Of a stretch of DNA of 29,304 bases, positions 10,707-22,801 are shown one piece after another. The notes beneath the pieces were generated by a model, which was not told where the DNA came from, did no database searches, and was given only the letters and a program-made list of their open reading frames with translations. The DNA is from Paraspadella gotoi (lineage: Eukaryota; Animalia; Chaetognatha), in contig CM119267.1 in the NCBI GenBank assembly GCA_051294375.1, positions 3,686,272-3,715,575 of the forward strand, given 5' to 3'. The translations under genes were made by a program, and so were the position numbers. Position 1 is the stretch's first letter; every line of letters starts with the position of its first letter.

Positions 10707-11356
10707 CTCTCTCTCTCTCTCTCTCCCGGCCCTGACCTAGGAAGATCCTCACCCGTCTTACCTTTTGAGTCGGTAATTTAGCTCGCAATTTAACTTATGC
10801 ATTAAAATTTGTCGGCCCTCTTTCACTATTTCTTACTTCCACTTCTTTTCTTTATATTTTCTTTTCTTCTTTTCTTTTCTTTTCTTATCTTTCTTTCTTT
10901 TCTTTCTTTCTCTTTTGCCTTTTCTTTTCTTTTCTTTCTTTTCTTTTTCTATTTCTAGTCTTTTTCCTTTTTCTTTCTTTTTTCTTTTCGACAATTTACG
11001 TTGTGGATTTTTTCTCCCTCTTTATTTACTCCTTCCACGTTCTTAAGCCCTAAACCCTGTTTTTCTAATTTTTTCCTTTTTTCTTTTTCTTTTTTAAACC
11101 CCGTCCATTCTTCATTTCTTTTCTTTTCTCTTTTTCTCTTTTTTTTCATTTCTCATTTTTCTCCTCCTTTCTCATTCTCCCTTATCTATTTTCATTTTCT
11201 TTCCTTTCCTACTTTTAAATCCATTTTCATTCTTTTCCTTCCTCCTTTCTCATCTCCTATTTTTCATTTATTTCCTTTCCTCTTTCTCCACTCCTTATCC
11301 ATTTTCATTTCTTTCCTTTCTTCTTTTAAACTCCATGTCACGGAATGGTAACGAAC

Positions 11357-11747
11357 CTGAATCCGTTGACGCCTCCTTGTTCTCCGGACCCCGTTCAAGC
11401 CGGTTACTGGTTGAGAACCCGTGTTCCTCTCTCTCGTTCTTTCGTCGGAGGTAGGCGCGGTTGTTTCCGACGGCCTCTCCGGAACCGTTCGTGACCTCTG
11501 CGACCCGTTGATGCGTTGCTTGAGTTCCGGAGTGGTCGCGAAGTGAAGGAGGGTGCACACCACCCTGTGACGCCGTCTCAGTGGTCCCGGGGCCCATTGC
11601 GACGAAGAGACTGATAGTCTTATGGTCCTTTAGGGAATAGGCCTATGGCCTTAATCTCGCGTCATCTACGAAAAGTTGGTGGACAAAGGTACGTGTTTTG
11701 AGTAACAGGGCCTCATTAGCCCGTAAAAAGGCAGTTAGAGACGGGTC
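11357..11747 (-). CDS. Putative internal exon of an unidentified spliced gene (indel-noisy)
   Basis: GC-rich island between low-complexity AT/purine-rich tracts, bounded on the minus strand by tatatcAG|GACCC and ATTCAG|GTtcgt. The 3' part reads ...CTLLHFATTPELKQRING...RRTRRRQRIQ. The mirror copy at ~15089-15495 gives ...VDDAELKAIVGLFLEDLRL. Confidence 0.5.
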
Positions 11748-12021
11748 CTGATATATATAACCACTACTTATGTATCTAAAGGATAAAATGCTACACATGT
11801 AAAAGTATAATAAAGCAGACTAAAGGTACAGGAAAATCATATGACAATGAAATGGGAATAAATGATGTAAATGAGAAAAAATAAGTGCCATCTCTCATCA
11901 CCCCACCGATTTCCCAAAGGGAAAGCGGCTAAGTTGCCCTTGATCGGGAAAGATGATGCAAGAGGAGGTGAAAAAATGAAAATGAGAAGAAGATGAAGGA
12001 AGAAGAGAAAGAAAGAAAAAG

Positions 12022-12084
<63 letters not shown>

Positions 12085-12619
12085 AAAAAATAAATGAAAT
12101 GAGAAAGGAGAGAGAGGAAAAAGGAAAGAAAAAAAAAATCGAAAAAGAGGAAAAAAAAAAATGAGGGGTGAGGGGGTAAAAAGGAATGAAAAAGAAAAAG
12201 AAAATAGAAATAAACCTTAACCTAATGAAAATATTTAGGGCCCGTCTGTAAACGCAATAATCAAATTTAATGATCGTTTTATTTTAACAAGTTAAACAGG
12301 TTCTATATCAATTTCGAATCTCTGTTACATGATTAACAAAGAAAATAATAAAAACATGAATACTCCTACAAAATAAAAAAAAACTGGCGTCTTTCTTTCA
12401 AACTATAACGTCGGAATTCCGACAGCAATAATCATCGGAGTTCGATATAAGAAACGCTACTTTGCTGTGGTTTTCAATTAGATCTTCAATTGTAAAAAAA
12501 GGAAAAAAAGAAAAAAAAAAAAAAAGGAGTTTACGCGGTTTTACGAATTTGAAATAAAAATGTCACCATTCATCTGACTTTATGATAGAAAAAAAAGAAA
12601 ACGAAGCTAAACCACTGCT

Positions 12620-13100
12620 TTACAAGTTGGGGCCTTATCTTCAAGAAGGATCCTGGTAAGCGGGAAATCCGACCTGTCTAGGATCCCCTATGGCTCGAGC
12701 TCGAACCGGCGGGTTTGTTGCGAGTACAATCTTAACTTTGTAAGCCGTCATGGTTCCAACATATTAAAATCGAGTCCATTTCCGTAATATCGAGTCCTTA
12801 AACGTGTCCGGCGTCCAAAAGAAAAGACGTGGTCGAACCTCTCTCACAGATGCGTTCGTCGTCGTTCCATTCTTTCATCGTTTTCGTCCTCTCCGAAGCA
12901 AGGCCAACGTTCCGTTCTGGAGTTATATGCAAAAGAGGAGCGACGAAATTCTTTTCCAATCCTGGCATCGTGTATGCCGGCGTGTACAAGTTCGAACATG
13001 CAGAGTCAAATGAACTCGTTGGCGGAAGGAAAGGAGAGTTGGATCTAGCCGATGACTCGCGATATTTATTGTTGATTGCCTGTCGTATTGAAGAAGGAGT
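12620..13100 (-). CDS. Putative large upstream exon of the unidentified gene (frameshifted by sequence noise, boundaries uncertain)
   Basis: Higher-GC, complex sequence. Both arms retain the peptide PGLE[KR]xFVxP[LF]LHITPER...RTKTMKEW[NT]xDD, and both end with LEDKAP near a possible GT donor. Confidence 0.4.
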
Positions 13101-13379
13101 TGGGTGGACGATATTGTGTGAAGGGAAGAAGGATATCGGGGGTCTCCGGCAGATTCCGTCGGAATTACATCGACGTTTGGCGGAAACCGCGGTCGTAATC
13201 TCGCTCACCACGGTCGCAGGTTCATTTTGCTGGGGATTGCGTCTGGTTTTTCCGACGCATTTTCGACGAAAGTGGGCGGTTGCACGGAAATCACTCCCGC
13301 CATCACGACAACGGAATCTTGTTGTCGTCGATCGCAGGAAGAAAATGACTGCGGATGTCCGCGGTGAGGGGGAAGGGGC

Positions 13380-13450
13380 ATCTCTTCTTTCGTGGGTGCA
13401 AACAACCCAGTCTCCTACAGGAGAGGAAGAAAGCCACGTCTACGCTATGA
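13380..13450. other. Palindrome apex; probable degraded SMRTbell adapter remnant
   Basis: The spacer reads ATCTCTTC...AACAAC...GGAGAGGAAGAAAG...ATGA. This is the same block order as the PacBio hairpin adapter ATCTCTCTC-AACAACAACAAC-GGAGGAGGAGG-AAAA-GAGAGAGAT, interrupted by extra bases, and it starts exactly where arm symmetry stops. Confidence 0.6.
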
Positions 13451-16179
13451 GCCCCTTCCCCCTCACCGGGCGTGACCATCCGCAAGAGTCATTTTCTCCT
13501 CGATCGACGACAAAAGATTACCGTTTCCGTGAGATGCGGGAGCAGGAAAATCCAGTGCCAATCCCCGCCATGACCCTCGTCAAGAATATCGTCGTTATTA
13601 TTTACCAATCTATCTAATAACCGACCTTTTAAAATATTAATCTATCCTGCGGTCCCAAACGTTTGTAATTCCGACGATTCCTGTCCCCCTTTCTATATGT
13701 CACCAACTCTTTCTTCAATACTGACTGCAATTCAACCAATAAATAATCGCGGAGTCATCGGGCAGTATCCAACTCTTCCTTTCTTCCGCCACGAGTTCAT
13801 TTGACCTCTGCATATGTTCGACTTGTACAACAGCCGGGCAGTATACACACGATTGCCAGGATTGGAAAGAATCTTCGTCCGCCCCTTTTTGCATATAACT
13901 CCAGAACGGGAACGTGCCTTTGCTCGGAGGACGAAAACGATGAAAGAATGGACGAACGACGACGATCTTGTAGGAGAGGTTCTACACGTCTTTTCTTTTT
14001 GGACCCGACGACGTTTTTAAGGACTTCGAATTACGGAAAAATGGACTACGCTTTTATATTTGGAACCATCGCCCATGACGCTTTACAAGTTAAGATTGTA
14101 CTCGCCAACAAACCGCCGGTTCCGAGCTCGAGCCATTTTAGGGATCCTAGACGGTCGGATATTTTTCGACTACCAGATCCTCTTGAAGATAAGGCCCCAC
14201 CTGTAAAGCATTAGCTCGTTTTCTTTTTTTCTCTATCATAAGTCAGAATGAACTTGGTGGACATTTTTATTAAATTTCGGTTCCGTTATTAAAAACCGGT
14301 CACCCCTTTTTTTTTTTTTTTTTCCTTTTTACAAATTGAAGATCCTAATTGAAAACTCACGAGCATAGCGTTATTACTTTATATCGGAACTCCGGATGAT
14401 ATTGCTGTCGGAATTCCGACGTTATAGTTTCTTTGAAAGAAAACGCAGTTTTTTTTTTAATTGTAGGGATAGTATTTCATGTTTAATTAATTTTCTTTGT
14501 TACATATGGTGTAACCCAGATTTTCGAATAATTGATATAGAACCTGTTTAACTGTTAAAATAAAACGATCATTAAATTGATTGTATTGCGTGTTTTTTAC
14601 CAACGGGCGCCCTAATATTTTTTTTCATTAAGGGTTTTTAAGTTTATTTCTATTTTCATTTTTCTATCATTTCCTTTTTACCCTCACCCCTATCTCAATT
14701 TTTTTTTTTCCTCTTTTTTCCAGTTTTTTTTTCTTTCTTTCTCTTTTTCTTCCTCTCTCCTTCCTTTTCTCATTTTTTCATTATTTTTTTTTTTTTTTCT
14801 CTCTTTTTTCTTTCTTCTTTTTCTTCTTTCTTCTTTTTTCTCATTTTCAATTTTTTCAACCTCCTCTTTGCATCATCTTTCCCGATCAAGGGCAAACCTT
14901 AGCGCTTTCCCTTTGGGGAATCGAGGTGGGGTGATGGAGAGATGGCACTTAATTTTTCTCATTTTTACATAATCTTTTGATTCCCATTTCATTGTCATAT
15001 GATTTTTCTGTACCTTTTAGTTCTGCTTTATTATACTTTTACATGTGTCATTAACCTTTAGATAATGTAGTGGTTATATATATCAAAGGACCCGTCTTCT
15101 ATAAACTGCTTTTTACGGGCTATGAGCCCTGTTACCTTCAAAACAGTTACCCTTGCAACCAACTTTCGGTAGATGACGCCGAATTAAAGGCCATAGTAGG
15201 CCTATTCCTAGAGGACCTAAGACTATCTCGTCTCTGTTCGTTCGCAATGGGCCCGGGACACTTAGAGACGGCGTCACAGGGTAGGTGTGGCAACCCTCCT
15301 TCCACTTCGACCACTCCGACTTCAGCTAACGCCATCACCGGAGTTCGTCGCAGGGTCACGACGGTTCCGGAGAGGCGTCGGAAACAAACCGCGCTCCTAC
15401 CTCCGACGAAGACGAAGAGAGAGGACAGGGTTTCTCACCAAGTACCGGCTTCTTGACGGGTCGGGAGAACAAGGAGGCGTATGTCACGGGATCAGGTTCG
15501 TTTACTTCCGTGGACATGATTTAAAAGAAGGAAAAGGAAAGAAATGAAAAATGGAATAAGGAGATTGAGGAAAAGGAGGAAAGGAAATAAATGATAACAA
15601 AAAAAATAGGAGATGAGAAAGGAGATAGTGGAGATGAAATGAAAATGTATTTAAACTAGTAGGAAAGGAAAGAATGAAAATAGGATAAGGGAGATGAGAA
15701 AAGAGGGAAAGGAAAAAAAATGAGATTGAAAAAAAGAGAAAGAGAAAAGAAAAGAATATGAGAAATGGGACGAGGGTTTTAAAAAAGAAAAAGAAAAAAA
15801 AGGAAAAATTTAGAAAAAACAGGGTTTAGGGCTTATTTAAGACGTGGAAGGAGTTTATAATTTAAAGAGGGTATGGGAAATCACAACGTAAATTGTCGAA
15901 AAAGAAAAGAAGAAAAAGAAAAGATTAAAAAATAGAAAAGAAAAAAGAAAAGAAGAAAGAAAAGAAAAGAAAAAGAAAAAGAAAAGAAAAGAATAAGAAA
16001 AGAAAAAGAAAAGAAAAGAAAAGAAAAGGAAAAGAAATAGATTTAAAAGAAAGAAGTGAAGTAAGGAAATAGTCGAAGACGGCTCGGACAAATTTAATGC
16101 ATAAGTTAATTGCGGTAGTGCTTAATTACCGACTCAAAAAGGTAAGACGGTGAGGGACTCTCTAGGTCAGGGCGGGAGA

Positions 16180-16224
<45 letters not shown>

Positions 16225-16687
16225 CAGAGAGAAGGCGGAGAGAGAGAGATGAGAGATTATAACAATAAAATTGCCAAATATTGAGTGACACTTCAGAATA
16301 AGGTTGTATTTAAATTATGCTATTTTAACTTATGTGTATGAGACGAAATAAGACGAGCGAGAGAGAACTTTTCTGAGAACCTCTTTCTTGAAAATTTACG
16401 AAAGCGGTTAACGTGGCTGTTTCGAAGAGAAAACAAACCACCAAAAATGATTCTTGGGAAAAGATTAACTGAGAGAGAGAGAGAGATAGAGAGAGAGAGA
16501 GACGAGAGAGAGAGAGAGAGAGAGAGATCGACTTTGATGGCATCACCACCTGTTATCTTCAAGAATTGATGAGAAACGCCACTTAGGCACAACCGCTACA
16601 GTAGCAGGTGCGACTTTGAAAGAGTGTGATAAAATCAAATTTTACTTTTTTTTTGTTAGAGCCTAAGTCTTCTCTCATCTCTCTCTG

Positions 16688-16731
<44 letters not shown>

Positions 16732-16782
16732 CCTTGGATGCTCGGACTTTTACCGCTTTTAAGTCCCGAGCTCAATCGATGC

Positions 16783-16854
<72 letters not shown>

Positions 16855-18873
16855 ACTGTTTCACACATTTATACATTTACATACTACACTTTTTCTTCAT
16901 GGTTTATAAAAGTCAAATAAATGCTTGACAAGAAGCTTAATTCATTTTAATTTGTGATATTTATCAGATGAAAAATATTGACTCAGTCTTCTTCCGTTCT
17001 CTTTCGTTCAACTCGACTTCTCGTCTCCCGTATGAGCTAATGAGGGTCGAAAGTGACGCCGGGTCGAGAGGTCAGAGGTCAACGACCCTGGCGACGGCCA
17101 CTCGAACAGAACCTCAGGAGGAAATGGACCTAATTTTATTGCAGACAAAGAAAACGAAGAGGATTTTTCTTCTTTTTTTTTTCGACTTTAAATATTGGCG
17201 CGTTTTTCTCTTTTATTTTTTGTTTAAACTTTAAAAGAGTGAATAGAATATTTTTAAGCCCCCAACCAATATAAAAAATATCCATTCATTCTATAAATAA
17301 GCCATCTTGCCCTGACTTTGGACAGGCTTTGGTGTTTAAGGCCTCCACCATTCTTACAAGATAATGACAAAGCAGGTCCTGCAAGTTTTTCAATCAAGGA
17401 CTCTCGTTAAGAAAAAGGGTCTGTACAAAGATATGCCTCCCTTCCTTTTAATTTGGTTATTATCCCGGCCAGTATCTTTTTTTTGACTTCTCTGTGAAAC
17501 TCACGGGCTGCAAATCTGTTGCGTTTATAGAAGCAAATAAGTGGAAACAAATGCTAGCCCGAGAAAACTCAATTTCTACGAGTTTTTAAGAAGTATTTTT
17601 CGCCTTTAATAAAGTACAAAATAAAGGAATATAAAACTTCATAATTATTCGTTTTTACTTCGTTAATCTCACGTTGAAATATTTGAACCGGGCGACGCTT
17701 CAAACGTTAGAATTTACGGGCGTGAAAGATAAAAGAAACTTCACCAGGGTCATTCAAATCAACTTTAAAATAGGCCTCCTGCGATTCCGAAAATGTATTT
17801 ACTTTTAAACATTTTGATGCATTCTACGCCCAAATTATAATATAGAATATAAGAAACCTATCCATCTGATATTTTTTATGAATTTTCTATTACTGAATTA
17901 GAAAAATGCAATAAACATTTTTTAATTTTAACTTGTTTCTTGAAAATGAAACGTTTTTAAAATTTAGCCCTCAATTCTTTCTAAACTGGAACGCTTTTAT
18001 CAAAATATCTCTATTACATTTTTACAAATGTTTTTAAGATTGCTAATCAATTTTTTTTAATTCAATATTATTGCAGTCGTTTAGGCTGCAACTCTTCAAC
18101 TTCAGTGTCGATCGAATTTCTTTACCATCTATTTAACTAAAGATTTGTTCACAACTGAAAAACCAACAGAGTAACAAGATTAATTTGTTTAGCTCTCCTC
18201 TTCTACATTTCCCCTTTACTTCTTACCTAGAATTTTTAACAACCAGATTGAAAAAACAAATCTTTAAAAAATGTGCTTTCTAGCCGATTTAACTAATTTT
18301 TTTTTTTTTTTTTTGATTATTGATTTTTAGTTTTCTCGATGCATTAGCTCTAATACATCAAAGATTTACGCATTGTAAGGTGAATGAACCTTCCTCTTAA
18401 TTCATTCCAGATTACTTGGCTTCCTTATCGATCGAATAAAAGTATTATGATGGTAGGAATACCTATATTGTACTCTGCACTAGCTTCAAAATCTTTAGCG
18501 CTTAGATTTTTCTTAAACTTTTCCCGACACAAACAATAGTCAATAGAAACGAGATGAATCAGTCATACAATTTGCGTGAGACTTGACTGACCTGGAATTT
18601 ATTCACTTTTCTTCAGTTTTCTGTTCTCAGAAAATTCAGTCAACTTCGCATTTCTTTAAGGAATAAAAATATATGAATTCAGCTTGTTGTTTTTTTTTTT
18701 TGGTCATAAAAATCACCTGCCATAAAAAACTGTATTTTTGATTTTGCTTCGTTTTATTTTACTATATTAATTTTTTATTATTTATATTAATATTAATGCT
18801 TATACTATCATTCTTGGAACTAATATGTGGAAAATATTTAGGTCTTCTAAAAAAAAAAAAAGCCTCTCCCGCC

Positions 18874-19857
18874 ATGTCTTAACGAAGTCAAAGATTTGCC
18901 GGCAGGCATTCTCTTCTCGCTCACTCTACACGGTTTTGAAGGGATTCACCCACCATCATCTTCCAACGACATCCCCGCCTCTCCCAACGCTGTTCTGCTT
19001 TCGTCATCCTCTTCCCTCGGTCAGGCGTTTCCGTTACTTCCCCTCGTTTCCATTCGCCCTGGCCGAATTGGACCCGGTGAGTCGGCCTGCGTCGCTGGAC
19101 TCTGTACATCTTCGTGGGCCTGATCGCGAGGCTCGACATGCTGGTTTGCGCCAAGGCGACGGATCTCATGCCCTGCGGCGCTTTTCTCGGCAATTTCCGG
19201 GCTCCGGTTCCTCTTTTCTTCCGGGCGCTGACCCGCGGTTCGCCTGCGTCTCTGCTGCTTCAGCATCGCTGAGGCGTCGAATTCGCAGCACGCTTTAATC
19301 CGGTCTGCTGTGGTCACCGCACCTCCGTTTTTCCTTCAAACGAGGCCGGTCACGCCCCCGGCCTCGCATACCTCCTCGCGATCGTGGATGGCGTCATACT
19401 CTCCCGGTTGTTTCCTTACTTTTTCGCGCGTCATCGCCGGGGATCATTGGTCGAATTTCCTAGTCCTTCGTTACTTTCTGCGATTCATTCGTCGCCGGCG
19501 TCTGTTTCGGCGTCTCGGCGGCGGACCTCGGCGTCTCTTCCCCGGCGCCCACTAACGTGCGTCGGCCGGCGTCGCGTTCGTCGGCTTCGTCTCATACGGT
19601 TTACCGACTTACTATTGTCAGGTCGGCTGCTCCGAACTGGAGGCCTTCGATCGGGGCCTCGCTGGCTCTTGGAAACCTCGCCCGTGGGCAGGAGTTCATC
19701 TTTCCGACAACGACTCTCCTGTCGGCCGCGTTTACGGGGAGAGTTGACAGGTCATGGAAGGATCGCGTGCCGGTCTCGTCTTTGGCGCCATCGGTCCGTC
19801 GTTTCGTTGGCCGAGAAAATTCCGAGAAAAGAGGAGGATCTAGCGGCGGGAAAATGA
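18874..19857 (+). pseudogene. Frameshifted inverted copy of the EamA/SLC35G-like gene (probably error-laden long-read sequence rather than a true pseudogene)
   Basis: Reverse complement of 7054-7995. Peptide fragments recur in shifting frames (SLYTVLKGFT, DHWSNFLVLR, PTTTLLSAAF, EDLAAGK*). Differences are dominated by 1-2 nt indels. Confidence 0.8.
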
Positions 19858-20832
19858 AATGTGGGGGGAAAAAAAAGACATTTTAGTTTAATATTTCGTT
19901 TCATAGATAATAAATTTAAATCCGATTATTATTTTGAAATTTCCAATTCAGTTTGTAATTTTGTTTTACCAAGCTTCTAGTGTTAGAAATGATGACCATT
20001 GACCAAGTAAAGAAATAACAATTTGGGTTTGACTGTGTGGTTATTTAACTCGTATTACTTAAACAAGAGCGAATGCCAGTCTATAAAGTACCAAAACTGA
20101 TTTGAATAACTTTTAGTCAATTATGGCAACACAATGTTGAAAATCGTGATAGACTGGACTGACTCAAAATATTACGCATTCCCAATAACTTTTATTAACT
20201 TCAACAAGACCACAAATTTTTTTCCTATTTGCGCAGAACAATCTTTCCGAGTTCGATTGATTTTTTCACGCGACCACGAGTCACCGACCGACCGAGCCCG
20301 ACCGAACCGACCCGACCGCCGACCGGAACCGACCGCACCGGACCGACCGCGACCAGACCGACCGACCTACCGACGCACCGACCGATCCGAACCGACGACG
20401 GACCGACCGGACCGACCGACCCGACCGAACCGGAGCGAAAGGGGTTGCCCGAGAAGGTCTTTTAACGTGCGCACCGCGATTCTTGCGACTCCGTGAGTTC
20501 CACTCCTTATAAGTCCTGCCACCTTTCCCTGTCGCGCCTTGACATCTTTCCCGGAATTGAAAAGTCTTCCTTGGCTCTTTGTTATATTTATCGAGGGCCT
20601 CCTTCCTTCTGCTGGCTGGGAATAGACCCCATTTGATTGGATGCTTCGATACCGTGGGCGAAATGCTCTTCCGAAACAGCCACGTTAACCGCTTCGAAAT
20701 TTTCACGAAAGAGGATTTCTCAGAAATGTTCTCTCTCGCTCGTCTTTTTCGTCTCATACACATAAGTTAAATAGCATAATTTAAATACAACCTTATTCTG
20801 AAGTAGTCACTCATATTTTGCAATTTATTGTT

Positions 20833-20869
<37 letters not shown>

Positions 20870-21179
20870 NNNNNNNNNNNNNNNNNNNNNNNNNNNNNNN
20901 NNNNNNNNNNNNNNNNNNNNNNNNNNNNNNNNNNNNNNNNNNNNNNNNNNNNNNNNNNNNNNNNNNNNNNNNNNNNNNNNNNNNNNNNNNNNNNNNNNNN
21001 NNNNNNNNNNNNNNNNNNNNNNNNNNNNNNNNNNNNNNNNNNNNNNNNNNTCTCTCTCTCTCTCCCGCCCTGACCTAGAGAGTCCTCACCCGTCCTTACC
21101 TTTTGAGTCGGTAATTTAGCTCCGCAATTAACTTATGCATTAAATTTGTCGGCCCGTCTTCGACTATTTCTTACTTCAC

Positions 21180-21262
21180 TTCTTTTCTTTTCTTTTCTTT
21201 TCTTTTCTTTTCTTTTCTTTTCTTTTCTTTTCTTTTCTTTTCTTTTCTTTTCTTTTCTTTTC
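21180..21262. repeat. (CTTTT)n pentanucleotide microsatellite
   Basis: Directly visible. Noisy equivalents occur at ~10845-10950 and inverted at ~15935-16040. Confidence 0.95.
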
Positions 21263-22255
21263 TATTTTTAGTCTTTTTCTTTTTTCTTCTTTTTCTTTTT
21301 CGACAATTTACGTTGTGGATTTTCTCCCTCTTTATTACTCCTTCCACGTCTTAAGCCCTAAACCCTGTTTTTCTAATTTTTCCTTTTTTTCTTTTTCTTT
21401 TTTAAACCCTCGTCCATTCTCATTTCTTTTCTTTTCTCTTTTCTCCTTTTTTTCATTCTCCTTTTTTTCTTTTCCTCCTTTTCTCATCTCCTTATCTATT
21501 TNNNNNNNNNNNNNNNNNNNNNNNNNNNNNNNNNNNNNNNNNNNNNNNNNNNNNNNNNNNNNNNNNNNNNNNNNNNNNNNNNNNNNNNNNNNNNNNNNNN
21601 NNNNNNNNNNNNNNNNNNNNNNNNNNNNNNNNNNNNNNNNNNNNNNNNNNNNNNNNNNNNNNNNNNNNNNNNNNNNNNNNNNNNNNNNNNNNNNNNNNNN
21701 NNNNNNNNNNNNNNNNNNNNNNNNNNNNNNNNNNNNNNNNNNNNNNNNNNNNNNNNNNNNNNNNNNNNNNNNNNNNNNNNNNNNNNNNNNNNNNNNNNNN
21801 NNNNNNNNNNNNNNNNNNNNNNNNNNNNNNNNNNNNNNNNNNNNNNNNNNNNNNNNNNNNNNNNNNNNNNNNNNNNNNNNNNNNNNNNNNNNNNNNNNNN
21901 NNNNNNNNNNNNNNNNNNNNNNNNNNNNNNNNNNNNNNNNNNNNNNNNNNNNNNNNNNNNNNNNNNNNNNNNNNNNNNNNNNNNNNNNNNNNNNNNNNNN
22001 NNNNNNNNNNNNNNNNNNNNNNNNNNNNNNNNNNNNNNNNNNNNNNNNNNNNNNNNNNNNNNNNNNNNNNNNNNNNNNNNNNNNNNNNNNNNNNNNNNNN
22101 NNNNNNNNNNNNNNNNNNNNNNNNNNNNNNNNNNNNNNNNNNNNNNNNNNNNNNNNNNNNNNNNNNNNNNNNNNNNNNNNNNNNNNNNNNNNNNNNNNNN
22201 NNNNNNNNNNNNNNNNNNNNNNTTTAAATCCACTTTCATTTCTTTTCTTTCCTTC

Positions 22256-22470
22256 TTTTCTCATCTCCTTATCCATTTTTAATTCTTTCTTTTCCTCCTT
22301 TTCTCATCTTCTTATCCATTTTCGTTTCTTTCTTTTCCTCCTTTTCTCATCTCCTTATCCATTTTCATTTCTTTCCTTTCCTCCTTTTCTCATCTCCTTA
22401 TCCATTTTCGTTTCTTTCCTTTCCTCCTTTTCTCATCTCCTTATCCATTTTCGTTTCTTTCCTTTCCTCC
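22256..22470. repeat. 43-bp pyrimidine-rich minisatellite, ~5 copies
   Basis: Unit TTTTCTCATCTCCTTATCCATTTTCGTTTCTTTCCTTTCCTCC. Degenerate versions occur at ~11100-11330 and inverted at ~15520-15780. Confidence 0.9.
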
Positions 22471-22589
22471 AATTTGCGCTCCCGATTTTCCTCCCTTCTC
22501 ATCAGTTATGTTTTCTACTAACTTCATCGCCTCCCTCAAAACGCCACCTGAGCTTGGAGGTGCCAAAGAAGGAAAGGGGGGGAGGGTAA

Positions 22590-22758
22590 TTGGGGTGGAG
22601 GGAGGGAGAGGGAGATAGAGAGGGAGAGAAAGGGAAAGAAAAAGAGAAAAAGGGATTGAGAGAAAAAAGAAAGAAAAGAAAGAAAGATAAAAAAGAAAAG
22701 AGAAAGAGAGAGAGAGACAGAGAGAGATTTAAAAAAAGAGAAAGAAAGAAAGAAAGAG

Positions 22759-22801
<43 letters not shown>

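Larger units (their letters stand above)
6400..20430. repeat. Giant inverted repeat: arms ~6400-13379 and 13451-~20430, 71-bp spacer 13380-13450
   Basis: Colinear reverse-complement anchors: 7995/18874 (transporter ATG), 9905/16968 (ATGAAAAATATTGAC), ~11740/~15090, ~12960/~13860, innermost GGTGAGGGGGAAGGGGC (ends 13379) / GCCCCTTCCCCCTCACC (starts 13451), and the (GGTC)n/(GACC)n satellite at the outer ends. Confidence 0.97.
20666..22470. repeat. Third copy (direct) of 10469-~11330
   Basis: CAGCCACGTTAACCGCTTCGAAATTTTCACGAAA..., CTTTTGAGTCGGTAATTTAGC and CGACAATTTACGTTGTGGATT match 10469-11330 in the same orientation, interrupted by two N gaps. Confidence 0.9.

Noticed and set aside
12020-12090. 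Long poly(A) suggesting a retrocopy tail
   Set aside because: The mirror copy (~14780-14840) is an interrupted (CTT/T)n tract, so the pure A-run is probably a consensus/polishing artefact within a low-complexity intron.
12829-13617. 262-aa plus-strand ORF crossing the palindrome apex
   Set aside because: It runs through junk insertions and the probable adapter, has no recognisable domain, and is antisense to the likelier exon.
6400-20430. Interpretation as a Foldback/Maverick/giant-TIR transposon or hairpin-ended virus
   Set aside because: No transposase, integrase, polB or capsid ORF. The arms consist of ordinary host gene and intron sequence, and the error pattern fits raw long reads.
22256-22470. 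CRISPR-like periodicity
   Set aside because: Contiguous tandem units with no unique spacers, no cas genes, and a eukaryotic context.
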